Assembly: GCA_021399395.1 (NCBI GenBank)
Contig: JAAFKJ010000001.1
Span: 30,165 to 94,164, forward strand
DNA: 64,000 bases
Source of the DNA: Candidatus Heimdallarchaeota archaeon
GTDB lineage: Archaea > Asgardarchaeota > Heimdallarchaeia > Heimdallarchaeales > Heimdallarchaeaceae
Direction: 5' to 3'
The position numbers were made by a program, and so were the translations under genes. Positions 40,334 to 50,638 of the stretch are shown here, piece after piece. The notes beneath the pieces were generated by a model. It worked only from the letters and a program-made list of their open reading frames with translations. It was not told the origin of the DNA and did no database searches. Positions within the stretch are counted from its first letter, which is position 1, and each line of letters opens with the position of its first letter.

Positions 40334-40961
40334 AATGATAAAGGTTAGAAAAATGAAAGCAAATTTGCAAGAACTGACAAAGCAGATTATTAAGCAGGGA
40401 ATTTTGAAGTTTGGCGATTTTACCTTGAAATCAGGTAAAAAATCCTGGTTCTATCTCGATTTAAGATTGATATCATCTTTTCCAGATACTTTTAATTTCG
40501 TAATCAAATGTTATAAAAAGAAATTAAAAGAAATAGGTAAATATGACGCTGTAGTAGGTGTAGCTGTAGCTGGTGTGCCTTTTTCTGCTGTTTTGGGTTA
40601 CACTTTGAACATTCCCTCCTTAATTATAAGGACGCAAAAAAAAGATCATGGTTTGAGGAATAAAATTGAGGGGTTTCTTCCAGAAAAATCAACTATTGTT
40701 CTCATAGATGATTTAATAACGACAGGTTCTAGCAAAATTCCTGGCATACTTGCATTACGTGAAATGGGATATGTTGTAAAAGATATGTTGGTTTTAGTTG
40801 ACCGAAGCCAAGGTCATAGTGGTCAAATTGATCAACTAGGAGTAAAACTTCATTCATTTGCTTCAATTGAGCAGATATTTACAGAAAGCCTACATCTTGA
40901 TGATGACATTTTAGATGAGAAAACAAGAGAAATTATAGCTAAAAATCTTAGAACCGATTAA
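40326..40961 (+). CDS. pyrE: Orotate phosphoribosyltransferase
   Basis: FGDFTLKSGKKS, KDHG and LIDDLITTG; start uncertain (40326, 40335 or 40353). Confidence 0.94.
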   Translation: MNKMIKVRKMKANLQELTKQIIKQGILKFGDFTLKSGKKSWFYLDLRLISSFPDTFNFVIKCYKKKLKEIGKYDAVVGVAVAGVPFSAVLGYTLNIPSLIIRTQKKDHGLRNKIEGFLPEKSTIVLIDDLITTGSSKIPGILALREMGYVVKDMLVLVDRSQGHSGQIDQLGVKLHSFASIEQIFTESLHLDDDILDEKTREIIAKNLRTD

Positions 40962-40987
40962 GCAAGATACCTTCATGAACAAATCCG

Positions 40988-41767
40988 TTATTCATTGAAC
41001 TGTTTTTGGAATTGCGCTGCAATTTCAGCTGGATTTTCTGAATAGATAATAGATCTTCCAACATTTATCATTAAGTTTCTATTGAATCTTCTTATGATAT
41101 CGTTCGCATCCCCACCTTGAGCACCAACTCCGGGAACAAGTAAGAGCATATTTTCATCTATCGAATTTTTAATTAGTTCTAAATTTTCTAATGTAACATT
41201 GCCAGTTGCACCAATTACACAAGCATCGGAACCATATTTTTTACATTCTTCTGCAATGTGTTGATACAGAGGTTTCTTCTCTACTACTGCTATTTTCTGA
41301 ACTATAGCTTCTTTATTGGACATTAGTGTTAGTACGATAATCCCTAAACCATGTTTATGTGCAGAAATAGTTGCTTCTTCGATATTACCAGCAAATGGGG
41401 AGAAAGTGAAAGCATCAAATCCTTCTTCCTTGAACCAGAATATTGCAGAATCATTAGTAGAACCTATATCGCTTAGCTTATGATCTATAATGGAAAGCAT
41501 CCCATTACTATGTATCATTTTATTCAGTTCAATAATTTCCTCCAATGGTAAACCAATAATATATTGTCTATTAATTTTTATAACACTTGTATATGGGGAT
41601 ACTTCTTGAATTATCCTTCGCATAAACGAGATTCTATTATTATCTGGCATGACATTTAATCTACGTTGTTTAGGAATTGCTGGATCAACCCCTACACAAA
41701 GAATACTATTTTTTGATTCAGATACTTTCCTGTATTTTTCTACAAATTTAGGAACAGAATTTGTCAT
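40988..41767 (-). CDS. pyrF: Orotidine-5'-phosphate decarboxylase
   Basis: CVGVDP, DHKLSDIGST, PGVGAQGG and NVGRSI all intact. Confidence 0.95.
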   Translation of the reverse strand: MTNSVPKFVEKYRKVSESKNSILCVGVDPAIPKQRRLNVMPDNNRISFMRRIIQEVSPYTSVIKINRQYIIGLPLEEIIELNKMIHSNGMLSIIDHKLSDIGSTNDSAIFWFKEEGFDAFTFSPFAGNIEEATISAHKHGLGIIVLTLMSNKEAIVQKIAVVEKKPLYQHIAEECKKYGSDACVIGATGNVTLENLELIKNSIDENMLLLVPGVGAQGGDANDIIRRFNRNLMINVGRSIIYSENPAEIAAQFQKQFNE

Positions 41768-41813
41768 CAGATTAAGTTTTCAAATGTTGTATATAATTCT
41801 ATCTCTGACAAAT

Positions 41814-43031
41814 TTAATAATCTGCTTTAATAAGCATTTGAGAATTCTTAATAACGTATTTTAAAGACCCAAAAAGCATTCTATCTTGAAAAGGAGACCA
41901 CCCAGCTTTTGATTTTATCCATTTTGAATCAACAGTGAATGGAGTATAAGGATCAATAATCTGAAAACTTTCTTCTAAAGGTTCATTTTGGATGTTCAGT
42001 AGTTTAGAAGGAAATGTAGAGAAAGCTTCAATTGCCCTTTCCCATTCCAATTCTCCAGAATGAATTAGAGTAAAAACAGCTGGAAGTAATTCTTGAACAC
42101 CAGGCATTCCGCATGGTTTTTCATTTTCCTTTTCAGAAATGGTATGAGGTGAATGATCAGAACTTACCATATCTACTATCCCCATCGATAAGGCTTCTAT
42201 TAATGATTGATTGTCATATTCTTTTCTAAGAGGTGGGTTTACTTTTTTGTAGTTTTCATCCAGTTCTGAGAATTGATTCAAGAAGAGATATCTGGGGCAG
42301 GTATCTGATGTTAAGTTAGGGATATTTGCAAGTTCTAGTAATTTCAAGGAGAGAGAACTACTTACATGAGTCACATGAAGTTTCAATGAACTGTAGTCCT
42401 TTGCCCACTGAAGGATTTTTTGAAGTGCAATTGCTTCTGCTTCAGGGGGTCTTTTCTTATAATGGCTCTGCTCAGTTGCTCGTTCCTCTAATATTCTTGG
42501 GTCTTCAGCATGGAAGATGATTGGTTTTATAGTGCCTGATTCTTCCAGTTTATTTAATGATGCAGTGATTTTATCTTCATTAACCATTAGTTCCCCAAAT
42601 GATTCAGACATAAAAACCTTGTAAGCATCACAATAATCATCTAACGAATCTATAGATTCTGCATTCTTCTCGGTTATTGCCGCCGCTATTAGGATATCTA
42701 CAATATCTTGTTTTTTGGTAATTTCACGTTTTTGTTGTAGGGTTTTCACTGAGTCAGTTATTGGATTTGTATTAGGCATATCTAAAACTGTTAGAACTCC
42801 ACCAAACAGAGCAGTTTCTGCACCGGATAAAATGTCTTCTTTATGTTCAAATCCAGGTTCTCTGAAATGGACATGTAAATCAATTCCAGGAGGAATACCA
42901 AGATAATCTCGGCAGTCTATCTCTGGATCTGCTATTTTGAATAGTGCAGGATCATAATCAATTTCTACATCCTTTACTTCAAAATCTCTTTTCTCATTAT
43001 TCCAGATTTTTAGATTGGAGAATACTATCAT
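41814..43031 (-). CDS. pyrC: Dihydroorotase
   Basis: DLHVHFREPG, DMPNT, KVNPPLR and SDHSPH. Confidence 0.94.
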   Translation of the reverse strand: MIVFSNLKIWNNEKRDFEVKDVEIDYDPALFKIADPEIDCRDYLGIPPGIDLHVHFREPGFEHKEDILSGAETALFGGVLTVLDMPNTNPITDSVKTLQQKREITKKQDIVDILIAAAITEKNAESIDSLDDYCDAYKVFMSESFGELMVNEDKITASLNKLEESGTIKPIIFHAEDPRILEERATEQSHYKKRPPEAEAIALQKILQWAKDYSSLKLHVTHVSSSLSLKLLELANIPNLTSDTCPRYLFLNQFSELDENYKKVNPPLRKEYDNQSLIEALSMGIVDMVSSDHSPHTISEKENEKPCGMPGVQELLPAVFTLIHSGELEWERAIEAFSTFPSKLLNIQNEPLEESFQIIDPYTPFTVDSKWIKSKAGWSPFQDRMLFGSLKYVIKNSQMLIKADY

Positions 43032-43033
43032 GC

Positions 43034-43885
43034 TTAAATCCTCAATTTTTCACCTGTTTCCAGCCTTTTATATGTACCGAAATCACTTATCTGCTCAAGT
43101 TGTTTTGTGTTGAAAACAGGACCATCAACACATATTCTCCAACCGGTTGGATCTACTGCACAATAGGAGCAGACTCCGAACCCACAACGCATATATCTGT
43201 CTGCAAGACTCATTTGCATATCGATGACCTTTGGATATTTCTTTCCAATATTGAAAATTACTTTCATCATTTTTTCAGGTCCAGCAACGTACAAAACTGA
43301 GGGAGATGTACTTTCTTGCAGAAATTTCTCAAGATCCACAGTAGGAAACCCTTGGTATCCATAAGATCCATCATCTGTACAAACATGAAAATTAACTAGT
43401 TCTTTGTCGTGAAGTTCTTGAAACCACTCAAGATACATCAACCTGCCTTTAGTTCTTGCTCCCTCAAAAACATGAATGTTTTGAGCTTTTTCTTTTTCAA
43501 GTAGAGTTGTTGTTAAGAGCTTTAAAGGAGTCATTCCAAAACCTCCCCCAATCAACAGATGATTTACATCTTCAATAGGTTTGAAAGATTTTCCAAAAAA
43601 ACCTCTGATACCCACATAATCACCAATTTGCTTATCTATCATGGCTTCTGAACCAGGACCCATCTTGGCTATCCCAATTTCCAGAATATTTTCTTCAAAT
43701 CCTGCAATTCCTAGTGGAAATTCATCTACTCCAGGTACCCAAAGCATAATGAATTGACCCGGTAATGCTCTCTCAGCTTTAATGGGTAGTTCTATAAGAA
43801 ACTTGTAAGTGTCTTCACATTCTTCCTCTTTAGCAATTATCTTTCCCATTAGCGGTTTGTCATTTGGAATTGTTAGTTTTGTCAT
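43034..43885 (-). CDS. pyrK: Dihydroorotate dehydrogenase electron-transfer subunit
   Basis: PGQFIMLW, GGGFG and MRCGFGVCSYC..CVDGPVF. Confidence 0.94.
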   Translation of the reverse strand: MTKLTIPNDKPLMGKIIAKEEECEDTYKFLIELPIKAERALPGQFIMLWVPGVDEFPLGIAGFEENILEIGIAKMGPGSEAMIDKQIGDYVGIRGFFGKSFKPIEDVNHLLIGGGFGMTPLKLLTTTLLEKEKAQNIHVFEGARTKGRLMYLEWFQELHDKELVNFHVCTDDGSYGYQGFPTVDLEKFLQESTSPSVLYVAGPEKMMKVIFNIGKKYPKVIDMQMSLADRYMRCGFGVCSYCAVDPTGWRICVDGPVFNTKQLEQISDFGTYKRLETGEKLRI

Positions 43886-44802
43886 TTATGTGCCCCTCCT
43901 GTTATTTCTTGAATAGAAGTATATGCATGTTCTTTCATATATTTCTTAATCTTCATTTGGAAAAATCTAATCATATTTTCTGGATATGCTACACCCAAAG
44001 AGGTTCCCATCTCAACAGCTGTTGCTCCTGCAAGAAGATATTCAATTATATCCTCACCCCGAGTAATTCCACCTACACCAATTATTGGGATTTTTTCCCC
44101 AAAATGTTCATACAAATCATAAACATAACGAACACCTATTGGTTTGATAGCTGCTCCAGACAGACCTCCTCGTTTGAAACCTAGAACAGGCATTTTGGTT
44201 TGAATATCAATTACCATGGCTTTCAATGTATTAATCGCCACTATTGCATCACTACCACCTTTAATTGCAGCATCAGCTATTTCTAAGATATCACTTACAT
44301 TAGGAGTTAATTTAGCCCAGAGAGGAATTTCCGTTTCCTTTCGAAGAGCTGAGATGATCTCTTTTACTGCAACTGGATCGGTTCCTATTTGGGTACCTCC
44401 TTTTTCAGTATTAGGACAACTCAGATTAACTTCAAAAGCAAGGATAGGTAAATCTTGTAATCCTTTCACAACTTCAACATATTCTTCTTGATTCTCACCA
44501 AAAACTGAAACAATTGTTGGGATTTTATTCTCAATGAGAATGCCAATATCCTCTCTAAAAACGGAGTATCCAGGATTTGCCAAACCAACTGAGTTAATCA
44601 CACTTTTAATGTCCTTTAATGCAAAAACACTTGGATTTGGATTACCACTTCTGCTTCTAGGTCCAATACTTTTAGTTATTACTGCACCTAGACCAGCTTC
44701 ATAGACTCTTTGAAGAGTTGAATAAGTCGTCCCTAGAATACCTGAAGCTAATAATAATGGGTTTCTAAGTTTCAATGTTCCGACTCTAGCTTCCAAACTC
44801 AT
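43882..44802 (-). CDS. pyrD: Dihydroorotate dehydrogenase 1B catalytic subunit
   Basis: NPLLLASG, NLSCPN, KLTPN and GGLSG; ATG 44802. Confidence 0.95.
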   Translation of the reverse strand: MSLEARVGTLKLRNPLLLASGILGTTYSTLQRVYEAGLGAVITKSIGPRSRSGNPNPSVFALKDIKSVINSVGLANPGYSVFREDIGILIENKIPTIVSVFGENQEEYVEVVKGLQDLPILAFEVNLSCPNTEKGGTQIGTDPVAVKEIISALRKETEIPLWAKLTPNVSDILEIADAAIKGGSDAIVAINTLKAMVIDIQTKMPVLGFKRGGLSGAAIKPIGVRYVYDLYEHFGEKIPIIGVGGITRGEDIIEYLLAGATAVEMGTSLGVAYPENMIRFFQMKIKKYMKEHAYTSIQEITGGAHK

Positions 44803-44934
44803 ATTGGAAAGATTGAATGTAACTTGAAAAGCTTTACTGAATTTCAGATATTTGATATAAGATTTCATATGAAAAATTTCTTAAACTCTTAATTTGGAGA
44901 ATGATATAGAGGACTATAGTTCACCGGTGGTTCC

Positions 44935-45639
44935 TTGGCTAGAATTGCAATAATCTCTGACGTTCATGCAAATATATATGCCTTAGAGGCAGTTTTGAAA
45001 GATATACAGAGAAAAAGAAATATTGATGAGATAATCTGTTTGGGGGATGTAGTTGGTTATTATCCCTATCCTAACGAATGTATCGAGCTGATTAAAGAGC
45101 AATGTTCTCTTACAATGTTAGGTAATCATGATGCAGGAGTAATAGGAGATGAACCTTCTTTCTATTTTAATCCTACAGCTTATGAGATGATCACTTGGAC
45201 AAAAGATAACATAAAACCAGAACATATGAAATGGTTAACTACTTTGCCAAGAAGGAGAACAATCGAAAGAAATGGTAAGAGCATCTACCTTGTTCATGGC
45301 TCTCCTTTCAAGGTTTTTGACTACATGGATTCGCATTCTGATAAACATTGGAACATAATGCTAGGTGAAGCTTTTGAGAAGATACAGACCGACGTTTTAA
45401 TTGTAGGTCATACTCATGTTCCAGTTAGGAAGAAGTTTAAGGGGAAACACTTCTTGAATCCAGGTTCTGTAGGACAGCCGAGAAACGGGACTCCTGGTGC
45501 ATTTTATTCAATTATTAATACAAATCCCTTCAACAGTTCAATTGTTCACTTAAAATATGATTTCTCTCCATTACAAGAAAAAATGGAGCAACTAGGTTTA
45601 CCTAAGACTTTAAGCGATAGACTAAGCCACGGAGTTTAA
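44935..45639 (+). CDS. Calcineurin-like metallophosphoesterase (YfcE/MJ0936 family)
   Basis: SDVHAN, GDVVGY, GNHD, GHTH and NPGSVGQPR. Confidence 0.92.
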   Translation: MARIAIISDVHANIYALEAVLKDIQRKRNIDEIICLGDVVGYYPYPNECIELIKEQCSLTMLGNHDAGVIGDEPSFYFNPTAYEMITWTKDNIKPEHMKWLTTLPRRRTIERNGKSIYLVHGSPFKVFDYMDSHSDKHWNIMLGEAFEKIQTDVLIVGHTHVPVRKKFKGKHFLNPGSVGQPRNGTPGAFYSIINTNPFNSSIVHLKYDFSPLQEKMEQLGLPKTLSDRLSHGV

Positions 45640-45648
45640 CAAAATAGT

Positions 45649-46035
45649 TTATCCATAATGGAAATCTAGATCTATATCTTCATCTTCCAGTTCTTTCAGG
45701 TCTTCTTCCATCTTATCAGTATATAAGTCATATAGAATTACTAAGGCAACACCTTGATGGATACCTGTATGTACTGAGAGTTTCTTATAACTCATCTCTG
45801 GATCATCTGGAAGAATTTTCTCTCTCACATATCCTTTTAGGTTATTGTAATTTGGAATTGTTCTAATTCCATCAATTAACTCTTGCAGCTTCCCCTCAAA
45901 TCCTTTAAAATTAATATTTAGACGTTTTTGCATCTTTATTTTATCGAGAATGTCTTCGTGTTCTTTTTCGTCTTTTAGAAGCTCCTCTTCGATGCTTTTG
46001 TCTTTATCCCCAATGTAATTGTATAGTGTATTCAA
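45649..46035 (-). CDS. Small acidic hypothetical protein
   Basis: 128-aa ORF with TTG start, purine-rich SD-like GGGG upstream, codon style typical of the window. Confidence 0.6.
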   Translation of the reverse strand: MNTLYNYIGDKDKSIEEELLKDEKEHEDILDKIKMQKRLNINFKGFEGKLQELIDGIRTIPNYNNLKGYVREKILPDDPEMSYKKLSVHTGIHQGVALVILYDLYTDKMEEDLKELEDEDIDLDFHYG

Positions 46036-46581
46036 ACAATAACCCCTTTACCTGAAAGTCGGTACTTAATGGAAGGTTTTGAGTATAAAATCCTTTTGTA
46101 ATACGGGTTAATCAAATAACTATTTATTTTATTGAAAAGGTGTTTTTTAGTTCGAAAGATAATTTGTTGAAGATAAGTTTCTTTTCATTTCTGCGAAATC
46201 TCACTTGGTCACTAAGACAATTGGTTCTACATTTCATTAACATCTTACTAGTATAGGTGTACACTCCAATAAATAGAAACTAATAAGAGAAGTTGATTAA
46301 TTAACTGAAATTTATCGGACTGAATTTCATAGAATTCCGACATAAAGGGCGGAGTATACATCACAAAAACGTTTTATTGAATTTCTATCAACTAGACACA
46401 CTTGGGAGTCAAAAAGGAAATAATAATATCAAATGTATATTTCATCAATAATTTGTAAGTTAAGAAAATAAAATGTAATATAGAATAGGCAAATGCTTTA
46501 AAAAATCTGATAATGGAAAATAGGTTTCCATTTTTATCTAGTTAAACATTTTAGTTAAGGCAATAGGTGTACAAAAAAGGA

Positions 46582-46617
46582 AAAGTTTGATTAAAAAAAG
46601 AGATAATCAAAGCTTTT
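46582..46617 (-). terminator. Hairpin plus U-tract terminator candidate after glpK
   Basis: Minus strand: TTTGATTA-loop-TAATCAAA followed by CTTTTCCTTTTTT immediately after the glpK stop. Confidence 0.5.
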
Positions 46618-48101
46618 TACAGCCAATTCTTAGCTCTTTCAATAGCCTTTTTCCATCTAGAAAGCAGATAGTCTCTTTCTACTGACTCCATTTTAGGTTT
46701 ATACTCTTCTTCTACCAGGAAATTTGCACGGATATCATCTAAATTCGTCCAATAATCCACAGCTAATCCTGCTAAGTAAGCTGCACCTAAAGCAGTTGTC
46801 TCCTGTACTGATGGTTTTTGAACGATCACGTTGGAGATATCGGCTTGGAACTGTAATAAGGGAGAGCACCTGGTTATTCCACCATCAACACGAATTACGT
46901 TAATATCTATTCCTGCCTCTTTACTCATAATCTTAAAAATATCTTCAGATTGATAACAAATAGATTCAAGAGTAGCACGGATTATATGTTCGCGTTTTGT
47001 TCCCCTTGTTAAACCTAATAGTGTTCCTCTTGCATAAGGATCCCAATACGGAGCACCTAGTCCAACAAAAGCAGGAACGAAAAACACACCATCTGTATTA
47101 GGAACATCATTCATTATTTCACCTAATTCTTTTTTATCAGTCAGTATACCTATTCCTTCTTCTAACCATTGGATCGCGGCTCCAGTTATGAAAACACTTC
47201 CTTCTAAGGCGTAGTTTATTGAACCATTAACATTCCAAGCTATAGTTGTTAGTAATCCTTGCTTAGATTCTATGGCTTTTTCTCCAGTGTTTAGAAGCAT
47301 GAAGTTACCAGTTCCATAAGTATTTTTTACAGAACCTTCATCAAAACATGTTTGACCAAAAAGTGCAGCTTGCTGATCTCCCGCATTTCCAGTAACGGGT
47401 ATTTCTGAAGGGAGAATCTCTTTCTTTACTGTCCCAAAGGTTTCTTTGTCACTACTTGGACGAACCTCAGGGAGTATTTCTAAGGGAACGTCTAATATTT
47501 CTAGTAGTTCTGGGTCCCATTCACCTTTATGGATATTGAAGAGAAGTGTTCTTGAAGCATTTGAATAATCTGTTATGTGATTTCCAGTTAAATTCCAAAT
47601 TAACCAGCTGTCAATTGTTCCTACTAGGAGATTTTGATTAGTACAGGCAGATCTAACCTTACTACTCTCTTCTAAAAGCCATTTGATTTTTGTACCAGAA
47701 AAATAAGGGTCTAAAACAAGTCCGGTTTTCTTTCTAAAAAGATCTGAGTAACCTTCATTCTTGAGCTCATCACACAAATCTGCTGTCCTTCTACACTGCC
47801 ACACAATAGCATTATGAAGTGGAAGACCTGATTCTTTATCCCAGGCCACAATAGTTTCTCTTTGATTTGTTATCCCAATTGTGCAAATGTCCGATGATAC
47901 TAAATTAGCTGTTGCTAAGGATTTTTTAATCGTCGTAAGAGTTTTCTCCCAGATCTCAATTGGGTTATGTTCAACCCAACCTGCATGCGGGAAGAATTGT
48001 TTATGTTCAATGTAGTCTTTTGATACTTCTTTTCCTTTTTTGTTAAAAATCATTGATCTAGTACCAGTTGTCCCTTGATCAATACTCAAGACATATTGCA
48101 T
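46617..48101 (-). CDS. glpK: Glycerol kinase
   Basis: IDQGTTGTR, GITNQRET, YFSGTK, GDQQAALFG and GLGAPYWD. Confidence 0.96.
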   Translation of the reverse strand: MQYVLSIDQGTTGTRSMIFNKKGKEVSKDYIEHKQFFPHAGWVEHNPIEIWEKTLTTIKKSLATANLVSSDICTIGITNQRETIVAWDKESGLPLHNAIVWQCRRTADLCDELKNEGYSDLFRKKTGLVLDPYFSGTKIKWLLEESSKVRSACTNQNLLVGTIDSWLIWNLTGNHITDYSNASRTLLFNIHKGEWDPELLEILDVPLEILPEVRPSSDKETFGTVKKEILPSEIPVTGNAGDQQAALFGQTCFDEGSVKNTYGTGNFMLLNTGEKAIESKQGLLTTIAWNVNGSINYALEGSVFITGAAIQWLEEGIGILTDKKELGEIMNDVPNTDGVFFVPAFVGLGAPYWDPYARGTLLGLTRGTKREHIIRATLESICYQSEDIFKIMSKEAGIDINVIRVDGGITRCSPLLQFQADISNVIVQKPSVQETTALGAAYLAGLAVDYWTNLDDIRANFLVEEEYKPKMESVERDYLLSRWKKAIERAKNWL

Positions 48102-48140
48102 GGAGTAAACTATTGAATGGATTTTAAAATTGTTTAGGTT

Positions 48141-49388
48141 TCATTTAAGAGTTTCATGCTTCTTACCATGCTTAACTCCGCGAAAAATCCTTCGTTCTTT
48201 ATCCATCTCCTTGAGAGTTTCAGCTCCTTGGGTCGAATAGTATCTTCCTCTCCACGAAACTTTCTTTCCTCTTATTCCATATATTATTGCAACTGTTATT
48301 ACAACGAAATTTACTAGTTGTGTTATTGGGTAAAACAGTGATATCCACCATTTCATATCTCCCCTTTTGTAGAAATAGAAGTGTATGGTAGCTGCATAAG
48401 CCAGATACAGACCTACATTTACAATAATACCAATTGTATAATCACCCCAAAAGAAGTATTGCCCCTGATTGAAGAAAGATTGAATAAGGAAATAAGGCGA
48501 AAATAAGAAATACAACAACCATAAAAGCATAAATCCAATTCTCCAAGGAGTTAGGGTTACAATTCCTCCCCAAATAGCTCTCCTAAATGCTCTAAAGAAT
48601 TGACCAAAGCCTTCAGGGTACATTCTTGTTTGAACTAATCTGGTTCCATCTATAAAACTCAAACCAAGCTCCTTCTCTTTACACAACTTAGCTAATGCAA
48701 CATCTTCAACCAGAGAACTGCTAATAGCCATATGTCCTCCAAGTTCCTCATATCCCTTTCTTGTAAAAAGCATATATTGGCCCGAGGCTAAGAATGAATC
48801 CTTATTGTATGGATTGCTTATATCATCTCTTGGTCCTCCACATAAGAAACTCAAAAAATAGAGATATGTTGGGAAGAATTCATAGAAATTGTAAGCTTCA
48901 AGATAGGGCAGCATTGAAAAAAGTACTACATCTGAACCGAGTAAATGTGAAACTGTTATTTTTAATGAATCAGGAGTATGTTTTGTATCTGCATCAGTAA
49001 ATAGCAATACTTCACCTTGAGCTTCCTGATAGCCTACGTGACAGCCATATGATTTACCGATCCAACCAGTTGGAAGATTCTCATCAACGATAACATTAAC
49101 TCCATATGATCTAGCAATTTCAACAGTCTTATCCTTTGAACCACCATCAACAACTATTATTTCATAATGAGGATAATTGAGTTTTGTCAAGCTGGTTAGA
49201 CACTTTCTGATATTCACTTCCTCTTCTAACGTAGGAACTATAATAGAAACAAAAGGAAGTTCAGATGCACTTAGATCTAAAATTTGCCAGCCACTTTTGC
49301 TGTTCTGAAGGAGTACAAAGAAATAAACAAAGCACACAAAAACTAATGCAATGTATAGAGATTCAAAGAACCAACCCATTGTGTTCAC
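48141..49388 (-). CDS. Membrane GT2 glycosyltransferase (CrtQ/HpnB-like lipid glycosyltransferase)
   Basis: VSIIVP, VVDGGSKD, GWIGK, FTDAD, LVED and V.WRGR.Y. Confidence 0.85.
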   Translation of the reverse strand: MNTMGWFFESLYIALVFVCFVYFFVLLQNSKSGWQILDLSASELPFVSIIVPTLEEEVNIRKCLTSLTKLNYPHYEIIVVDGGSKDKTVEIARSYGVNVIVDENLPTGWIGKSYGCHVGYQEAQGEVLLFTDADTKHTPDSLKITVSHLLGSDVVLFSMLPYLEAYNFYEFFPTYLYFLSFLCGGPRDDISNPYNKDSFLASGQYMLFTRKGYEELGGHMAISSSLVEDVALAKLCKEKELGLSFIDGTRLVQTRMYPEGFGQFFRAFRRAIWGGIVTLTPWRIGFMLLWLLYFLFSPYFLIQSFFNQGQYFFWGDYTIGIIVNVGLYLAYAATIHFYFYKRGDMKWWISLFYPITQLVNFVVITVAIIYGIRGKKVSWRGRYYSTQGAETLKEMDKERRIFRGVKHGKKHETLK

Positions 49389-49571
49389 CTTCTCAACTGG
49401 ATTGGATAAGTATGTGGTAGCTTATTTATATATCTTACCACTTGTTGGTTTTTCACATACCTACTTAATTAATCAAACATTCGTTTCAGACCATCTTTTA
49501 ACGTAAAAAGACGTAATCAATAGAGAAAAACTAAAATATAAAAATGAAGAAAATGTAGGAAAAAAGATTTC

Positions 49572-50546
49572 CTAAGTAGTTTGTATAGGTCCTTCAGGGG
49601 TCATATAAACGGTATGTTCATGCTGACTAACGAATGATCCAGGAGTGTCAGATAGTACATGATATTGATAAAGAGCGCCTACATTTTTAAGCTCTCTTAG
49701 ACCCATTTTAGCTTTTGCTGGACCTAGTGCTTTGTAAATCCATCTTATTGAAACAGGTAATCTATAGTATTCTCTTTCTAACATTCTTCGAATTTGTTTT
49801 GCAGCATCAGTACGTAATGGGAATCTTCCTTCAGCTAATCGAACGATATACAGTTTGGTTCTATCTTGATGTGATTCTCCTGCGCCAGTTGTTGCAAAAG
49901 TTTCTATCGCGAATGCTTCATCTTGAAGAATTAAATTACCTTTTCTACCTCCAACGTTTGGAATTGATTTAGGACCATGCAATCTATATTGCATGAGTAA
50001 ATGACCTGAGAGTTCTTTCACGGTACTGAAGCCATAACCTTCAATAATATTCTCTATAAGATCACCCAATTTTCCTGTATAACCACCAACACGGATTACT
50101 TTTACAGCTGTTTCAGTTGCTTCTTTACTAGCTTTAATCAAATCATTATGAACATCATCAAAAGCTACAGTCAATGCAGTATCAGCAATAAAACCCTCGT
50201 ATTGGACTCCACAGTCGAGTTTTACAACATCTCCTTCTTTCAGAACTAATTGATCTTCCCAAGGACTAGTATAATGAGCAGCATGATTATTAACTGCAAC
50301 GTTAAGAGGAAACGCTGTTTTCATACCTGCGTCTGCAATCATTTTATCAGCAGTTTCGCACAAATCTAATGCTTTAACTCCCGGTTTAGCCATCCCTTTA
50401 AGATGTTGAAGAATGCCTTTAGCAACATCCCCAGCTTTTTGATATTTTTCTAGAGGTGTTAGTTCTTTTTCTTCTTCAGCTTCTTCTTTGACTTCTTCTG
50501 TTTTTTCTTGTTTGACTTCCTCTTTAGTCTTCTTTTTTTCAGCCAT
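49572..50546 (-). CDS. map: Methionine aminopeptidase type II
   Basis: AAHYT, KLDCG, IADTA, LSGH, AIETF and SQHEHT with type II helical insert. Confidence 0.94.
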   Translation of the reverse strand: MAEKKKTKEEVKQEKTEEVKEEAEEEKELTPLEKYQKAGDVAKGILQHLKGMAKPGVKALDLCETADKMIADAGMKTAFPLNVAVNNHAAHYTSPWEDQLVLKEGDVVKLDCGVQYEGFIADTALTVAFDDVHNDLIKASKEATETAVKVIRVGGYTGKLGDLIENIIEGYGFSTVKELSGHLLMQYRLHGPKSIPNVGGRKGNLILQDEAFAIETFATTGAGESHQDRTKLYIVRLAEGRFPLRTDAAKQIRRMLEREYYRLPVSIRWIYKALGPAKAKMGLRELKNVGALYQYHVLSDTPGSFVSQHEHTVYMTPEGPIQTT

Positions 50547-50638
50547 TCGTTTTCACCAGAATTGAAATCTACTCCATTTCAATATATTTAACTCTGATGT
50601 TTTAACACTAAAAATAAAAAAAAGAAAAGTAGGAAAAA

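Noticed and set aside
46036-46616. Replication origin call
   Set aside because: No cdc6/orc1 nearby and no clear ORB repeats; kept only as an unexplained gap
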